The notes: generated by a model from the sequence alone, not told the origin. A stretch of DNA of 38,244 nucleotides from Vicugna vicugna (GCA_013265495.1 MU057419.1:1-38244), one strand, 5' to 3'. Positions 25,881 to 37,226 are shown, counted from the stretch's first letter. Numbers and translations are program-made.

Positions 25881-25944
25881 CTCTTCCTCCCTCCTTCTTC
25901 TCTCTCTCTTTTTCTTTTGAACTCTTTAAAATATTGCCTACATA

Positions 25945-26130
25945 TTTGCTTTAAAATATGCCCACATATTTTTGGCACTCCATCCATCAAATGGTAGGGT
26001 ACCTGCCCACGTCCCTTGAATCTGGGTGGGTCTTAGTGACCGGCTGTAATCCGTGGAATGCAGTAGTACTAATGCTGTGACGTTTTTCAGGTCAGGTCAG
26101 AAAAGGCCAGATCTCATCATGGACATTCTC
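25945..26130 (+). mobile_element. MLT1-type LTR fragment
   Basis: cccttgaatctgggtgggtcttagtgac...gaatgcagtag motif. Confidence 0.5.
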
Positions 26131-26559
26131 TTTTAAAACATTACATTGTATTATTTTTAGTGATTCAGCCTTTACCATGGTGTGTGGCATTAGATTCTAT
26201 AAATATGTTTAAAATAATTTAAAAAATAGTGTCTTGTTGTACCTCTAGGGACTTGATAAAGCTGGAAGTGGTGGGGTGGGGGTGGGAGGGGTGGGAGAGA
26301 GGTTATGGAAGCAAACCTTGTAAAGGACATATTTTTATTATAACTCTACATACCGGAAAACTAAGACCAAAAGGGTTAACTTACTTGCCCATGTAAAGGT
26401 TGACCCAAAATGGAAGCCTTCAACTCATATCTGGCTCCAGTGTTCTTGATCCTTCCTCACTATGCTCCTTAGAGGCAGGCAGACCATCTCATCAAGGAGC
26501 ATGGGACCAATCTGCTCTATCTTCCTGGAAAACATTTCATTTAAAACAATTATTTTACT

Positions 26560-26629
26560 TCTTCTTTTTTTTTTTTATTTTTTTGTTGGGGGAGGTAATT
26601 AGTTTTTTTTTTTTATTGTTGGTTGAGGG
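26560..26629 (-). mobile_element. Vic-1-like SINE tail running into the gap
   Basis: T-run plus gggggaggtaattag, the reverse complement of the SINE 3' part seen at ~3095-3140. Confidence 0.65.
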
Positions 26630-27005
26630 NNNNNNNNNNNNNNNNNNNNNNNNNNNNNNNNNNNNNNNNNNNNNNNNNNNNNNNNNNNNNNNNNNNNNNN
26701 NNNNNNNNNNNNNNNNNNNNNNNNNNNNNNNNNNNNNNNNNNNNNNNNNNNNNNNNNNNNNNNNNNNNNNNNNNNNNNNNNNNNNNNNNNNNNNNNNNNN
26801 NNNNNNNNNNNNNNNNNNNNNNNNNNNNNNNNNNNNNNNNNNNNNNNNNNNNNNNNNNNNNNNNNNNNNNNNNNNNNNNNNNNNNNNNNNNNNNNNNNNN
26901 NNNNNNNNNNNNNNNNNNNNNNNNNNNNNNNNNNNNNNNNNNNNNNNNNNNNNNNNNNNNNNNNNNNNNNNNNNNNNNNNNNNNNNNNNNNNNNNNNNNN
27001 NNNNN
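26630..27005. other. Assembly gap (N run)
   Basis: Run of N. Confidence 1.
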
Positions 27006-27926
27006 TTCATAGCATTAGGTTTTAGGTGAAGCACCGAGTCTGAGAGAGGCTCAGTAATTTGCCTGCATTTTCACAGAGAGAGCAAGGGATTCAATATCAG
27101 GTCTGTTTGTCTCCAAGGACTCTGCTCTTAACCCCAAATATTGTTTAACCAAAGGATCTCTTGAACAGAAACTCCTTGGGGAAATATTAGTTGTAGATGT
27201 GGGCAGTCCTTGATTAGGCTCCAGCATGGTTGAAAGTAGAACCATTCTGTACAAGATGGATCTCTGATCTCCCTGGGCAGAATTCATAATTGCTTCAGAA
27301 TGCAGTTCTCAGCTCCTCTCCGATTGGCCGGCTAGTCTGCAGCGAGATGTCATACCTGTGTGCACATCTGCTCCACCATCTGTAGTGGGAGATATTGTCA
27401 ATCATCCTTACCTCAGGGAAACCACGTGATTTTAGTTTTGGAAAATTCCTGTTCTGCAGAAGGAGAAAGCAGGAAGCCAGTGGTAAAGATACTTCAACAG
27501 AATATCTTACTTCAGATGGATTTCTGGATATATAGATTGTAGACTTAGAATTTTAAAGTATGTGAATAATCTCCCAGCATAAGAAAGCAGGTAATCTTAT
27601 GCCTCCGGGATCCCTGGGTCATAAGCTTTCCTTCCTAGAACAGACTGTGTTATCAAGTCTGATAGGCAAGCTTCTCAAGACAGATGAGACCGCAGTGCCA
27701 CTGGGATGTCATAAATTGTTGAAATCAGCTCTTAGGTCATTCTGTGAGTTCTCTGTTTTTGGCAGATGTGGTTGTGGCAGAGAGTGGGGGCTGCTGAAAA
27801 GGGGTAGATTGAGCCAGAAACCTGCTGGTAATTCTGTAGTTGCTCAGAAGGGACCTCAGCTGAGTGAGGTGGAAAGTCTTCTAGTTGGTGATTTATTTTT
27901 TTAAAAAGACCTGAAACCATTACACA

Positions 27927-28828
27927 TACCATCCCCTCACTACCCTACTATTGCCACACCAGTTCACTTTCAGTAACTATATGCTGTGCATATCCAGCCA
28001 ACACAGACTGGCTTTTCAGATTTATTTGAGTCTTAGTTCGCAAATGTTGAGGGTCCATAGTGAAGTTTTATTTTAGCTTCCAGTGATGACTCTCAGAACC
28101 CAGGGGACTGGAGAGGGGCAGTAGACCTAGGGCTCCTTCCTGTCCCAGATTCACAGTTTTGGCTTCATTTGGATGTATTTTCATGATTTCCTGCTACTTT
28201 TGTGGACAGCATTCGCAGCTTGTGTTTGTATAAGTGGAAGCTGCTTCTGCTGCCACGATGTGACCTTCATCCTCACAACTGGCCCTTTTTCCAGTCTCGA
28301 TGAATGGGGCTGTCATCTGCCCGGTGGCTCATGCCAAAAACCTAGGAGCCATCCTGACACCATTTTCTCCCTTTGGAGTACCATCCCCTCACTACCCTAC
28401 TATTGCCACACCAGTACACTTTCAGTAACTATATGCTGTGCATATCCAGCCAACACAAACTGGCTTTTCAGATTTATTTGAGTCTTAGTTCACAAATGTT
28501 GAGGGTCCATAGTGAAGTTTTATTTTAGCTTCCAGTGATGACTCTCAGAACCCAGGGGACTGGACAGGGGCAGGAGACCTAGGGCTCCTTCCTGTCCCAG
28601 ATTCACAGTTTTGGCTCCATTTGGATGTATTTTCATGATTTCCTGCTACCTTTGTGGACAGCATTCGCAGCTTGTGTTTGTATAAGTGGGAGCTGCTTCT
28701 GCTGCCACAATGTGACCTTCCTCCTCACAACTGGCCCTTTTTCCAGTCTCAATGAATGGGGCTGTCATCTGCCTGGTGGCTCATGCCAAAAACCTAGGAG
28801 CCATCCTGACACCATTTTCTCCCTTTGG
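27927..28828. repeat. Tandem duplication of 450 bp (27927-28376, 28379-28828)
   Basis: Both copies run from taccatcccctcac to ttttctccctttgg. The near-identical ORFs at 28173 and 28625 reflect it. Confidence 0.97.
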
Positions 28829-28980
28829 CTGTATGCAATCCATCACCATGTCTTTCCATTTGGTTCTGAAATAGACCTTCAGTGGCCTCCCTTGCACCCT
28901 CTCACTCCCCCTTCCAAACAGTATGCTCCAGACTGTAGCCAGAGTGAATTTCTCCAAAGTTTTCTATTAATGTGTTGGTT

Positions 28981-29440
28981 CATCCCATATATATATATAA
29001 ATATCTACTGTGTGTAAGGAATCCAGAGGGAACTACGATAAGTTCTTCCCTTGTGAAAATGCACCCCAAACTGTGTCAGGCTCCCAACTCCCCCTCCCCG
29101 CCCCAACTCCACACCACTTCATGTTAAAGTACTTCAGTAGATTTCTGGTTGTTCTTAGGGTGAAACCCAGTGTCTTTCCAGTGGACTTCACAGTCAGGTC
29201 CTCATGCCTCTAGCCTCACCTTTTGTCAATATTCACTCCACTCTAAAAACAGTATCTAGATTCCTCAAAAGACTAGGAATAGACTTACCATATGACCCAG
29301 GAATCCCACTCCTGGGCTTGTATCCAGAAGGAACCCTGCTTCAGGATGACACCTGCACCCCAATGTTCATAGCAGCACTATTTACAATAGCCAAGACATG
29401 GATACAGCCTAAATGTCCATCAACGGATGACTGACATCCC

Positions 29441-29471
<31 letters not shown>

Positions 29472-29906
29472 AATATCTACTGTGTGTAAGGAATCCAGAG
29501 GGGACTACGATAAAGTTCTTCCCTTGTGAAAATGCACCCCAAACTGTGTCAGTCTCCGAACTCCCCCTCCCCGCCCCAACTCCCCACCACTTCATGTTAA
29601 AGTACTTCAGTAGATTTCTGGTTGTTCTTAGGGTGAAACCCAGTGTCTTTCCAGTGGACTTCACAGTCAGGTCCCCATGCCTCTAGCCTCACCTTTTGTC
29701 AATATTCACTCCACTCTAAAAACAGTATCTAGATTCCTCAAAAGACTAGGAATAGACTTACCATATGACCCAGGAATCCCACTCCTGGGCTTGTATCCAG
29801 AAGGAACCCTGCTTCAGGATGACACCTGCACCCCAATGTTCATAGCAGCACTATTTACAATAGCCAAGACATGGATACAGCCTAAATGTCCATCAACGGA
29901 TGACTG
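28981..29906. repeat. Tandem duplication of ~450-470 bp (28981-29433, 29435-29906) spanning the 5' junction of an L1
   Basis: Both copies run from catcccatatata to caacggatgactg. The (TA)n tract differs in length between copies. Confidence 0.97.
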
Positions 29907-30387
29907 GATAAAGAAGATGTGGTATATTTATACAATGGAATACTACTCAGCCATAAAAGCCGACAACATAATGCCATTTGCAGCAACATGGATGCTCCTG
30001 GAGATTGTCATTCTGAGTGAAGTAAGCCAGAAACAGAAAGAAAAATACCATATGAGATCGCTTATATGTGGAATCTAAAAAAACCCAAAACATAAAGCAT
30101 AAATACAAAACAGAAACAGACTCATAGACATAGAATACAAACTTGTGGTTGCCAAGGGGGCGGGTGGTGGGAAGGGATAGACTGGGATTACAAAATGTAG
30201 AATAGATAAACAAGATTATACTGTATAGCACAGGGAAATATATACAAGAACTTAAGGTAGCTCATGGAGAAAAAAAGGTGACAATGAGGATATATATGTT
30301 CATGTATAACTGAAAACTTGTGCTCTACACTGGAATTTGATGCAACATTATAAAGTGATTACAAATCAATAAAAATGTTTTTAAAAA
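29720..30387 (+). mobile_element. 5'-truncated LINE-1 with 19-bp target-site duplication, inside an L2 fragment (~28790-31230)
   Basis: ORF 29677-30078 resembles the ORF2 C-terminus and 3' end ([56 protein letters not shown]). TSD aatattcactcca(c/g)tctaa at 29701-29719 and 30388-30406. Confidence 0.95.
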
Positions 30388-30886
30388 AATATTCACTCCA
30401 GTCTAATGAGCCATCCAAGCCATAAAACCCGACAACATAATGCCATTTGCAGCAACATGGATGCTCCTGGAGAATGTCATTCTGAGTGAAGTAGGCCAGA
30501 AAGAGAAAGAAAAATACTATATGAGACCGCTTATATGTGGAATCTACAAAAAAACAAAACATAAAGCATAAATACAAAACAGAAACAGACTCATAGACAT
30601 AGAATACAAACTTGTGGTTGCCAAGGGGGCGGGTGGTGGGAAGGGATAGACTGGGATTTCAAAATGTAGAATAGATAAACAAGATTATACTGTATAGCAC
30701 AGGGAAATATATACAAGATCTTAAGGTAGCTCATGGAGAAAAAAAGGTGACAATGAGTATATATATGTTCATGTATAACTGAAAACTTGTGCTCTACACT
30801 GGAATTTGATGCAATATTATAAAATGATTATAAATCAATAAAAAATGTTTTTAAAAAAATATTCACTCCAGTCTAATGAGCCATCC
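29949..30886. repeat. Tandem duplication of ~468 bp (29949-30416, 30418-30886) spanning the 3' junction of the same L1
   Basis: Both copies run from agccataaaa to gtctaatgagccatcc. Confidence 0.97.
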
Positions 30887-31261
30887 TTGTTTCTGTTCCC
30901 TAAGTATGCCACCTGCCTGCCACTTCAGGGCCTTTGCACATGCTGCACTTTTTGTCCAGAATACTTTCAGCCTCCACTACCCAACATCTACCCTTAGATC
31001 TCAGTCCAAGTTTCTCTTCCAGAGGGAAGCCTTCCCAGACCCACCAGACCAGGTGGGGACTCTCTGTGCTTTTGTGGTGACACAGAGATGCCCTTGGTGG
31101 ACATCATCACAGTTATTCTTGGGTTTAGTTGATTATTGACGTGACCTTTACAAGTCTCCAAGCACCATGAGTTTTTCGCTCCCCATTTGTAGCCCGAGAG
31201 GCCAGCCTGCTTCATGGGTAACAAATGTGTGCAAAATGACATTATTTTCTTGTAGTAGTTC

Positions 31262-31385
31262 AAAACAAAAAAAAAAAAAAGTGACAATGAATATATGTAT
31301 GTTCATGTAGAACTGAAAAATTGTGCTTTACACTGGAATTTGTCACAACATTGTAAAATGACTATAACTCAATAAAAATGTTAAG
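31262..31385 (+). mobile_element. Very short LINE-1 3' end
   Basis: gtgacaatgaatatatgtatgttcatgtagaactgaaaaattgtgc...caataaaaatg, homologous to ~30275-30380. Confidence 0.85.
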
Positions 31386-32341
31386 AAATGATATTTTTTA
31401 AAAAATAAATCATTTGAACAAATTGGCAGACTGGATCTTACTTAGCCCTCGCTTGCTCATCCAGGCTTGGTGTGGCTGCATGTGCTGATGGCCTGTGAGA
31501 CCGCAGGCTCTTGTAACGCATTTACCTATCTTCCATCTCCTCTAATTATTAGCAAGTGATTCACCCTCTGAGGGCCTCAGTGTCGGCACCAATATCATAA
31601 GGTTATTGTGAGGATTAAATGGAACAGTAACAGAAAACCCCTCAGTGCTGTGACTGGGATGTAGGAAGCATTCAAGGAGTGATGGTCAAAATGATAAGCA
31701 AAAATCATTATCACTGGACATGGCTTCCATCAACACACTCAAGTAACAGCACAGCCTTTACTGTTGCCAGTGATGTGCATGGACCAAGTATTCCTAGGGG
31801 GAGAAAGGCTTCAGAAATCCCAACTCTCATTCTTCTTGGTATTATTAAAATGACTATAACTCAATAAAAATGTTAAGAAATGATATTTTAAAAAAAATAA
31901 ATCATTTGAACAAATTGGCAGACTGGATCTTACTTGGCCTTCGCTTGCTCATCCAGCCTTGGTGTCGCTGCGTGTGCTGATGGCCTGTGAGACCGCAGCC
32001 TCTTGTAACGCATTTACCTACGAAGCCATTCCATCTCCTCTAATTATTAGCAAGTGATTCACCCTCTGAGGGCTTCAGTGTTGGCACCAATTTCACAAGG
32101 TTATTGTGAGGATTAAATGGAACAGTGACAAAAAACCCCTCAGTGCTGTGACTGGGATGTAGGAAGCATTCAAGGAGTGATGGTCAAAATGATAAGAAAA
32201 AATCATTATCACTGGACATGGCTTCCATCAACACACTCAAGTAACAGCACGGCCTTTACTGTTGCCGGTAATGCGCATGGACCAAGTGTTCCTCGGGGGA
32301 GAAAGGCTTCAGAAATCCCAACTCTCATTCTTCTTGGTATT
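31354..32341. repeat. Tandem duplication of ~490 bp (31354-31843, 31846-32341), containing a MIR
   Basis: Both copies run from taaaatgactataactc to tcttcttggtatt. The near-identical ORFs at 31679 and 32177 reflect it. Confidence 0.97.
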
Positions 32342-32469
32342 TCGGATGCCACTTCCCCTCAGGAGGCTTCGCTCTTGGAGCAGAGACAACTGTGGTCCCC
32401 TAGTGTCCACTAACGCCTTCTGTTCTAATGTAAGAATTTTTATGGACACTCACTGGCCAGGAGAAAGTC

Positions 32470-32800
32470 CATGTTTACTAGTCTTCCTTGCCCTGGGGTG
32501 TGTCCCTTTGACTCAGTTCTGGCCAGTGGGATAACGTTTGTGGCAATTCTGGGAACATTCTCCAAAGGACAACTGGTGTATATCCCCTACCCTTTTAATT
32601 ATTTTCCCTTTCTTTCTACCTTTTGCTTGGAGTGCTGGGGTGATGGCTGGACCCAGAGCAGCCATCCAGGACTATAATGTGACTGTGGGAGTGGAGGCCT
32701 TGCACAGCAGAGCTGCAAGGCAGAGCCCGGATTCTCACCACCTGTAGGTTAAAAACTTGCTCTTTGGAGCAGAGCCACCAAACGACTCTGACCTCTCTCC
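32470..32800 (+). mobile_element. MLT1 (J-like) LTR fragment
   Basis: tgactcagttctggccagtggga...gtgatggctggacccagagcagccatc. Confidence 0.6.
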
Positions 32801-32824
32801 CTCCCAACTTTTAAATGAGAGAGA

Positions 32825-33096
32825 AACAGCTCATACAATTCAATGACAAGAAAACAAACAACCCAATCAAAAAATGAGCAGAAGTTCTAAACAGATACTT
32901 CTTCAACAGAGACATCCAGATGGCCAACAGGCACATGAAAAAATGCTCAATCTTGCTAATTATCTGAGAGGTGTAAATTAAAAGGACAATGAGGTATCAT
33001 CACACACCAGCCAGAATGGCCATTGTTCAAAAGTCCGCACCCACAGTGTAGGAGGGTGCCCTTTCTCCACAGCCTCGTCAGCATTTACCGTTTGCA
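32825..33096 (+). mobile_element. Internal LINE-1 ORF2 fragment with an inverted final ~57 bp
   Basis: Sense L1 (aacaacccaatcaaaaaatgagcagaag...ggcacatgaaaaaatgctc) to ~33039, then the reverse complement of the adjacent L1 segment. Confidence 0.85.
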
Positions 33097-33620
33097 GTCC
33101 TGGTCTATTTTTCATGACTGCCAGCAGAACATCCCCAGAAGAGGACCTTTCTTCCTCTGGCTCAGCCCCAGCCACCCCACACCAGCCCAAAAGGGGCCCT
33201 GCCTTTCTCAGCATCTTGGTACCCAGGGCCCATCTAGGTAGCCTGGTGTTCCTTTTCATTCTAATGGAACCAGACTTGCTGCCTTCTGATGCCCCAAATT
33301 GTTGTTTGTCTAGTGAGTAGGCTTCAAGTGGGCTGTACAGCAGCCTCAAGTATTTCTTTACGTTTTCATTCCTAATTCAAGTAGATAGTACCCCTGGCTT
33401 TTTTCTTGCCTGAGCAAAGTTAGCTTCCGAGGATTCCAGCTCTGTTTTTCAAAAGCATAAACAACTGAGTGGGATAGGATCGCCAGAGAGAGGAAAGCTG
33501 TATGATTGCTCTCTGTGTTTTGTTGTGCTCAGGATGTGGCAGGAGTCAGGGAGGCTGCCTGGTGGGCATCCTGGAGGCTGCGTCCTAGTCTTCTGGGTCC
33601 TTGAGTGTCTCAGAAGCAGC

Positions 33621-33667
33621 AGACCAGGGAGCCTGACAGACCAGGGAACCTGATAGACCAGAGAACC
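33621..33667. repeat. Short 17-bp tandem repeat (~2.8 copies)
   Basis: agaccagggagcctgac / agaccagggaacctgat / agaccagagaacc. Confidence 0.75.
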
Positions 33668-33884
33668 ACCCAGGCAGGTGCCTATGATTTAGAAATGACC
33701 CCTGTGGAGGGATGTCCAACAACAGGCGGCCACCCCAATGCTGGGCACCTTCTATGATCTTAGGACTCCTGGTGGGTGTGCACAGGGGGAGCCCTGAGAA
33801 TGAGCTGTTCAGGTGAGAGCTTGCGGTTGAATTTAAGGAGCATTTATGGAAAATAAAGCATGTGTTACCTGCTGTGTGCCTTTA

Positions 33885-34110
33885 AGTGCCCTGGAGTGGA
33901 CTCTGATGGAGAGAGTGTGGGCTCAGGACTGGCCTGCTGCTTGTGGCTGTGTGACTTTACGCAAAATCAGTTAACAATGATGACTGTGCCTCAGTTATCT
34001 CATCTGTACAATGGAGCAGGTGTAGCCTTTACAGCTTGCCTTTGTTATAAGAATCAATTTCTTTAATCCATACGCCTCACGGCACATAGCAAGCGTGCTG
34101 TGCATTAGTA
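33885..34110 (+). mobile_element. MIR
   Basis: gctgtgtgacttt...ctgtgcctcagttatctcatctgtacaatgg. Confidence 0.65.
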
Positions 34111-34744
34111 TTTAGGGCCGCCTGCCCATATGCTTTTGGTTGTTTGTTGATTATATTGTTTGGTTGCTGTCAGTTATGGTCTTTTAAAACAGATTTTCCC
34201 ATTAACTCTGAGGGGGAAATAGGTTGGAAGAGAAATGTAAAGTGATGGTATTAGGAAAACATTGATCACTGAAAAGCGATAAGAACTGAAACTCAATTTT
34301 TGAGGTTTTTTTTTAAAAAAAACGCAAAAAATGGTTTTGAGTTCACAGAAATTTGGCATTATCTGAAAAGCACTTATATGGTGCAGTGAGGAATGCCTGT
34401 AGCAGATAATTCTGTGTGCTGTGACGGCCACTTTTGTTTAATCTGTGGCCAAACTTTGCAGAAGCTGCTCCTTCCTCCCCTTGCAAACTGCTCCAAGAAA
34501 CACGCCCTCCCAGCCCCATTTTCTGGGGGCATCCTCCCCCGCCCCCAGCCCTGGGGACTTCGATCAGAACCAGGTGCGGGATCAACACCAACAGATCTTT
34601 GCGGCTTGATCACTGATTCCTAAAGTCCCTAATGTGGTCGGTAGAAACCTTCAGTTATGGTCTGCATTTCAGTCCAAGTCTAGTTCTAGTTCATGACCTG
34701 TAGACCCTTGTTTCCCATTTAGACCCTTGGCCTGATCTGTTAAG

Positions 34745-34905
34745 GGGGAGCTTCACAAACTTTCACGTGCCCTAGAGCAGCCTGGGTCCTTGTTAAAATG
34801 CACGTGCTGATTCAGGAAGACTAGGTGATTCCAGAGTCTGCATTTCTGCCAAGCCCCCAGGGGATTCCCATACTTCTGGTCAAGGACCCACTTTGAAGAG
34901 CCAGG
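34745..34905 (+). mobile_element. MER5-like hAT element
   Basis: cttgttaaaatgcacgtgctgattcag...tctgcatttct...aagcccccaggggattcc...ggacccactttgaa. Confidence 0.7.
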
Positions 34906-35604
34906 GCTTGGGTTCTGGCAGGAGAAATGCCCTCACTGGCATGTTGTGAGAAGCTGGGACCCATTACCAAGGCAACTGGCTTCTCCTTTTCCTGGAGAAC
35001 TTATGCATTGAGTCTGTAACAGCCTGATAGGAATTTTTTAGATGCAGTTTTCTCTGGAGGCTGGACTCTGATAGTTACTACCCTGTCTGCAGTTTTATGA
35101 TTAGATTATAGACCACCGTTTGTGGTGTGATTTTCACTCCCACTCTCTTTCACGTGCCCACACGGTACACAGCATCCTACCAGTTGAATAAATTTCAAAT
35201 CCATAAATTTCTAATATTTCAACATTTTAAAATTTTGCTAGGAGTTTGCTTATAATTCTCACTGGCCGAGTGGAAGGTAAAAGTCCTATGTTATCTTGCC
35301 TTTTGATCTTATTTGACATTTTACTACAGTGCTGAGGACAATATATTTTTAAGTGTCAGGTGCCCATGACATGAAAGAATGTTGATGCATATCTATTTGT
35401 GGGCACTGTAACTGACACCAGCAGCAAAATATCCAGAGGGGACACTCTTGAAAGTATCAAATGTAAAATAGCATAAACGTTTACAGGATACCATAGGATT
35501 AATGATCGGGTGATATATACACTCATCATGTGCTATTCTATGACAGCCCCCAAATTAGGTATATTTGTTTCCCCTACCCTAATTTTTTTTAGTCACTGAT
35601 TTTA

Positions 35605-35760
35605 TCATTTTTATTTTTAACCTCTTTATTGTGATATAGTTCCTGTGCAGTAAACTATGCATATCTCAGATGTACAATTTGATGAATTTTAATAGCTGGA
35701 CACACCCATGAAACCAACACTACAAACAAGATAGCTCATATTTCCATCACTCCCCAAGAA
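35605..35760 (-). mobile_element. Old L1M 3' terminus, antisense
   Basis: tttattgtgatatagtt...gtacaatttgatgaatttt...atatttccatcactcccca. Confidence 0.65.
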
Positions 35761-35771
35761 GTACAAAAAAA

Positions 35772-35808
35772 TTTTTTTCTTTTTAATTTATAAAATTAAG
35801 TTTTTATT
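35772..35808 (-). terminator. Polyadenylation signal and decayed genomic poly(A) of the cTAGE-like retrocopy
   Basis: The minus strand has AATAAA (+ strand tttatt 35803-35808), followed 18 nt later by AAAAAGAAAAAAA (35772-35784). Confidence 0.6.
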
Positions 35809-36464
35809 ATGGATATTGTTAGAACAGAATATAAAACAAATGATAAAAGTTTCTTCTAAGAGTACAATTTAACTTCACCTTAAAAAAGTTCATCTATTTT
35901 TTTGAACTATTTTTATTTAAACGGTTAAACTATTTTTTAAACTATTTAACTCATGTTTAAAAAAGGCTCTTTGACTGAAACTTATGACTTCAAAATTAAA
36001 CTTTAGAAATAAATGCTATGGCCATCTAAAAGTTTATATTGATAAACTGCATATATTTTCAAATTATAATGCAGTATTTGTACACTGAATAACAACGTAT
36101 ACACTTCACTTACATTGCTGATACATAAAAGTTACCCAAACTGTCTTGAGAAATGAGGTTCAAACTAAGTAGAAGTTTAGTCTCAATTACAACATTTCTT
36201 TCACAACTAATAAGAGATAATCCAGACATTGGCTGACTATAAAAAAGTCCCATGCTTCGTGGTGTGTTCTGGGAGTTTGGATGAGAGATGCTGACATGAA
36301 GGAGCTCACCGCTGTTCTCACTGGTAAGGTTGGAGGAGCTCTGGCCCAAAGGAGGGGACTGCCCTCCGTCCACTGGCCTCAGGCCAGCTCAGGTGGAGAT
36401 CTGACTGAGTGAATGCAGCCGGCAGCTTGGGAGGCCTGAGTGGAGGGAAGGGACCAGCACAGCT

Positions 36465-37094
36465 TTAACACGAGGGCCCACTCCTGGGAAAGGGGCCATC
36501 AGGACTTGGCGCTCGGTCCCCTGGCTGGTGTGTGAAAGCCCCTTGTGCTGTGCTGATTCTCGTGACCTCCTCCAGGGACTTGAGCACCTTTAGCATCTCT
36601 GCCATCTCTTCTTGTATGGACTGCAGGGGTCTCTCTCCCTTCAGGTCTTGGATGAGAAGATTGATCTCCTTCCACGAGCTCAGGTTGACGGTCATCAGCT
36701 TTCTGTAGGTGTCAGCGAGGCCAGGTATGTTGACCGGCTCCTTCTCTAGCCTGGTGTTCTGTAGAGCTGTCTCCATCCTGGCACACTCCTGCTTAGCCAC
36801 ACAAAGCTTGTCGATGAGGTGGTACTTCTCTTGGATCTTTGCAGCCAGTGTTTTTGCCAGTTGCTTTTCATGTCTTCTCTTAAGCTGACTTCTAACAGAC
36901 TGAATAAGTCTGAAAGTGAATAACAGACCCACCGATAAGGCGAGGACAGGCGGACTCAACACCGTCTCCCATGGGAGGCTCTGCAACATGAGCTGGGAAC
37001 ACAGGCCTTTGGGCAGCAGTGAAGCCAGGACCGCACTCAGCTTCCTCAGGATCAGCCCGAAGCCAAGCTCCACGGAGGACGGCAGCCCCTCCAT
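36465..37094 (-). CDS. Intronless cTAGE5/MIA2-like (CTAGE family) protein, 209 aa, C-terminally truncated retrocopy; in-frame upstream ATG at 37130 would give 221 aa
   Basis: The translation aligns with the recalled cTAGE5 N-terminus: GLILRKL..V.ASL, LPWETV plus a transmembrane helix, R..QSVRS.L....EK.LA..L...I.EK..L.DK, then coiled coil ..EKE, QEEMAEM.K...SLEE. The start is in a strong Kozak context (gccATGG). There are no introns or internal stops. Expression is not shown. Confidence 0.85.
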   Translation of the reverse strand: MEGLPSSVELGFGLILRKLSAVLASLLPKGLCSQLMLQSLPWETVLSPPVLALSVGLLFTFRLIQSVRSQLKRRHEKQLAKTLAAKIQEKYHLIDKLCVAKQECARMETALQNTRLEKEPVNIPGLADTYRKLMTVNLSSWKEINLLIQDLKGERPLQSIQEEMAEMLKVLKSLEEVTRISTAQGAFTHQPGDRAPSPDGPFPRSGPSC

Positions 37095-37122
37095 GGCACT
37101 GGCCCACCCAGGGCTCTGCCCA

Positions 37123-37226
37123 GTTACCATGGAGCCACCAGCCACAAGCCCCAGGGGACACCCCAACATTCCACCTGGAACCCAGCCAACAACTGACGTC
37201 CCGGATTGGTCAGTTACCAGGTCAAT
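37123..37226 (-). promoter_or_regulatory. Putative proximal promoter / 5' regulatory cluster of the cTAGE-like gene
   Basis: X-box-like GTTACCATGGAGCC (37123-37136) and GTTACCAGGTCAAT (37213-37226), CRE-like TGACGTC (37194-37200), and CCAAT (attgg, 37205-37209). Confidence 0.4.

Noticed and set aside
26400..27034. ORFs of 129-209 aa
   Set aside because: They are artefacts of the N gap.
28173..29017. Paired ORFs MYFHDFLL... resembling tandem paralogues with a signal peptide
   Set aside because: They result from the 450-bp duplication, run into L2 sequence, and match no family I recognise.
29204..30078. ORFs with a recognisable protein motif
   Set aside because: They are LINE-1 ORF2 C-terminal remnants of a 5'-truncated insertion, not a host gene or an active element.
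27927..32341. CRISPR-like or programmed repeat array
   Set aside because: There is no short repeat with unique spacers. These are independent two-copy duplications in mammalian DNA.
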